This document shows, in pieces, positions 60,938 to 64,000 of a DNA stretch of 64,000 bases. This stretch comes from Massalongia carnosa (taxonomy: Eukaryota). Below the pieces are notes generated by a model. The model did not search any database. It worked only from the letters and a program-made list of their open reading frames with translations, and was not told the DNA's origin. The stretch lies in NCBI GenBank assembly GCA_965645245.1, contig OZ287083.1:1612001-1676000 (forward strand), written 5' to 3'. A program made the translations under genes and the position numbers. Position 1 is the first letter of the stretch; the number at the start of each line of letters is the position of its first letter.

Positions 60938-62819
60938 CGAGGTGCTTAGGGACAGTCCCTCCCCGACCGTCCCCCTGGGTAAATCTTTGCTAGTAAACAG
61001 CCATTTCACTGCTTATCCAGGGTGCGTACAAGCTAGTAATGCAACTGCCAGCAGCACATTAAACTCTTTTTGGTTTAAATCGTATGACGTGTTATTGCTA
61101 CTAATAATTACCCTACTCGGTCTGATAAAGCATACCCTCACCCTCACCCTCACTTACCATTTGCCCTTGCCTATAAGACAATTGGTGCAGAAAATACGTG
61201 ATGACGTGCGGAAAAAACAATTAGATCAGAAGATTTTGTGCAATCAACAGCGAATACGTAATCCTAGATTGATCGATAGAAATGCTTTTACGTTACTCAT
61301 TGGGAAAATTACGCATCATGCCATTAGCCTCGTTTCAAGAGAACTCGATGCCGCTAAATCATTAGCTGAACGAATCCTTTCTATTGTCCCTGTTGGTGGA
61401 AGCTGTGTTTATGATTGTGAGTTGCCTTTAAGGTACGGTCTCCCATGCAAATGCTGGTTGTATAAATGCATCATCGACTCGGTCCCTATTCCCGTTTCCC
61501 TCATCCACCCCCGCTGGTTTTTGAATGGCCCACCTTATGCGGTCTCTTGGCAAATGACCTTCGATTTCGCTCGCGGCTCGGAGCCTGAGGTCGAAAAGAT
61601 CGTCGATGAGGTCGAAGGGACGGGAGAGATTGAGGCGGATAAGGATGAGGTCGAGCTCGAAGAAGGCGTGTTGAGTGAGGATAGATTTCGCCGCGGGGGC
61701 CTTGATTTGCTACATTCTGTGGCATATCAATCTATTGACCTGCAATCAATAGAAGATTCTCATCGAAGGGAGGAGTACGCTCGCGAGCATGCTCACATCG
61801 TTGAAAAGTTCAATAAGAAATGGCAAAAGAAGGAGCTGGTAAGACCTCTCATCCCCACCACATTCCCCAACGAAATTCGGCCCCAAAAAAACCTCATGCA
61901 TAAGAAGAAGGGAGTCGTCGACGTGCCTACACTGGTCGCGAGGCAGCTGAGGCTAGAGAAACTGAACAGCGACGTACTAGGCGAAGGGACTCTATTGAAC
62001 AAGGGAGGAGGCTTAGATATAATAGATTGCGTGCTGGGGGCGACGATGAGGTTGAAGGTGAAACAGAAGGTAAAATTCACGATGGTGGAAAGTTATTGCG
62101 CTCGGGTCGGCTAATATTGGGTACAATAGTTTCAGGAGAAAACTTAGTTATGGAGAGAATCGAAAACGCGTCTATCGTCTCCGACGACGATGACGAGGTG
62201 CAGTATATAAGCACTCAGCCCATTCTCGGTCGTTCTATGGATCCTATGCTTCCTTCAGATGACGAAAATGATATTATTCTTACATCAGAAGCCTCGTCGG
62301 ATTCGCTCGAAGATATTGACGATGTGCTTGCCAAGCATAGTCAAAAAGCCCTACCTCAGGCAGCGCTGGCTCCATCTCTTTATAGTCTTAGCCAAAACGT
62401 ACGCGCCAGTCAAATTCTCCCTACTTCCTCTGCAACAACGCGAAGGTCTCGGGGTGTGGCGAAGAAATCAAAGGCTCAGTTGGAGTTGGAATCTCAGCAA
62501 AGAGTTGAGAAATCAGTCAAACAGGCTAGGGCTCAAGCGAGAAAGGAAATGGCGATGAGAAAGGTGGCTAAAACCATGAAGCCTAGAAAAGATGATGTAT
62601 CGCAATTGGCTGACGAGTTTTTGGAGTTGAAGTCATCGCAATCGGTAGATTTGTAGGTGTGGAATACACTTAGTCAGTAACAGCAACATTATAATACGTA
62701 GTGTAACTGCTAGCTTGTACGCACCCTGGATGAGTAGTAAAAAGGCTGTTTACTAGTAAAGATTTACACAGGGGGGGGGGGGGGGGACGGTCGGGGGGGG
62801 ACTGTCCCTAAGCATCTCG
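60938..62819 (+). mobile_element. Internally deleted MULE derivative nested in the pogo transposase
   Basis: ~100-bp TIRs CGAGGTGCTTAGGGACAGTCCC / GGGACTGTCCCTAAGCATCTCG, 9-bp TSD ATCATACTG. Retains only the C-terminal YGLPCKC...IHPRW region; removing it restores ARENHTVLGVNW. Confidence 0.88.
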
Positions 62820-63704
62820 ATCATACTGTGCTAGGAGTCAATTGGCAACAGTTTTTTTTACATCGTCATCCCGATCTGCAGGCTAAATACAGTCGCACAC
62901 TAGACCAAGAACGATTATTCGCTGAGAAAGAAGAGATATTTCAGCACTGGTTTGACCTTTTCCTCTCCATGAAAGAAAAGCACGGAATTCTTGATGAAGA
63001 CATCTATAACATGGACGAAAAGGGATTCATGATAGGGGTAGCTGCTAGTGCTAAAGTAGTAATTTCTAAGCACGAAAAGCAAGCATTTTCAGCACAGTCA
63101 GGTAATCGAGAATAGGTGTCATTGATCGAGTCCATTTGTATTACCGGTCGAAGTTTACCTCTTTTCGTCGTCTTCAAAGGAGTCAACAAGCAAAAGGCCT
63201 GGTACGATGCACTGGAAGACATTGACACTGAAATAGCTACCAGCGAAAACGGATGGACAGACAATGAACTAGGTCTTGATTGGTTGAAAAAGTGTTTTGA
63301 ACCTGCTACTGCAAAATATCTACACGGGGAATATCGACTTCTTATAGTAGATTGTCATGCTTCCTATATTTCTACCGAATTCATCAAGTTTTGCAATGAA
63401 AAGAAAATCATTCTTTTCTATCTATCTCCACATACTACCCATGTGTTGCAACCTCTGGACGTGAGTGTTTTTTGGGCCTTATCACGGGAGTACAAAAAAC
63501 AATTGGAGGTCGTAACCCGATTCAACGTCTGTTCAGTGGACAAGGTGGATTTTCTGAAGATCATTCAAAAAGCAAGAAAAGAAGCAATCAACACAAAAAA
63601 CGTGCTGACTGCATGGAGAGCAACCGGATTAGTACCATACAATCCGTCATCAGTTCTTCAAAAACTCACTAATAAACAATCAGTGTTGCGAAAGACTGAT
63701 AGCA

Positions 63705-63797
63705 TCATCACCACCACTACTACTACCACCACCACCACCACCACCACCACCACCACCACTACCACCACCACTACTACCACCACTACTACCACCACCA
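63705..63797 (+). repeat. (ACC/ACT)n trinucleotide microsatellite
   Basis: About 30 triplets inside the pogo element. Confidence 0.9.
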
Positions 63798-64000
63798 CGA
63801 ATATCACCTCCTCTCATCCTAACACTCCGACAACCCTTCAAAACTCTCACGAAATTGAAAAGACACCTGCAAATATCGATCAAATAAAACAACTGATTCG
63901 TCGAATTCGAAATGATAAAGAATCAGACTCGACTCCCGTTCGAGCGCTAAATAAATTGATAAAAGGCGTTAAATATGCCTTCGCAGACTCTACCTTGCTA

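Larger units (their letters stand above)
60424..64000 (+). mobile_element. pogo/Fot1-type (Tc1/mariner superfamily) element, degenerate and interrupted, running off the window
   Basis: TA|ACGTAAC left end with two copies of ACTGGGCAACGGGAC. HTH from 60578; after the insertion: YNMDEKGF, SENGWTDNE, LLIVDCHAS, LQPLDV. Several stops and frameshifts. Confidence 0.85.

Noticed and set aside
62771..62800. Long G-run as a G-quadruplex element
   Set aside because: It is an expanded homopolymer within a MULE TIR (the other end has only 5 C); likely slippage or sequencing error.

Overview
Fungal genomic DNA, most likely a filamentous ascomycete (short GT-AG introns with CTAAC/CTGAC branch sites, Pezizomycotina-type gene families). 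The left ~15.5 kb is gene-dense. It holds a secreted multi-LysM protein, an AAA_28-like P-loop kinase, and a 5-exon gene that splices into one ~1708-aa RNA-dependent RNA polymerase + UPF1-like (SF1) helicase fusion, arranged head-to-head with the kinase 181 bp away. It also holds a Tc1/mariner element, a multi-pass membrane protein, an HSL-type lipase/esterase and a SAM methyltransferase. From ~16 kb onward is an accessory region. It contains decayed immunity-type gene remnants (ZNFX1-like, TPR, HET-like) and a tandem duplication of a ~8.2 kb unit (C2H2 zinc-finger gene, PD-(D/E)xK nuclease-like gene, kinase pseudogene). Each copy took different transposon insertions, so the sister copy supplies the empty site. 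These insertions are an apparently intact AcademH-type element (RecQ-like helicase + transposase, 10-bp TSD), an Ngaro-like tyrosine-recombinase retrotransposon, a MULE, a Copia with a nested solo LTR, and a piggyBac-like element without TTAA. The window ends in a pogo/Fot1 element interrupted by a MULE derivative. Family names come from motif recognition only; no database searches were run.
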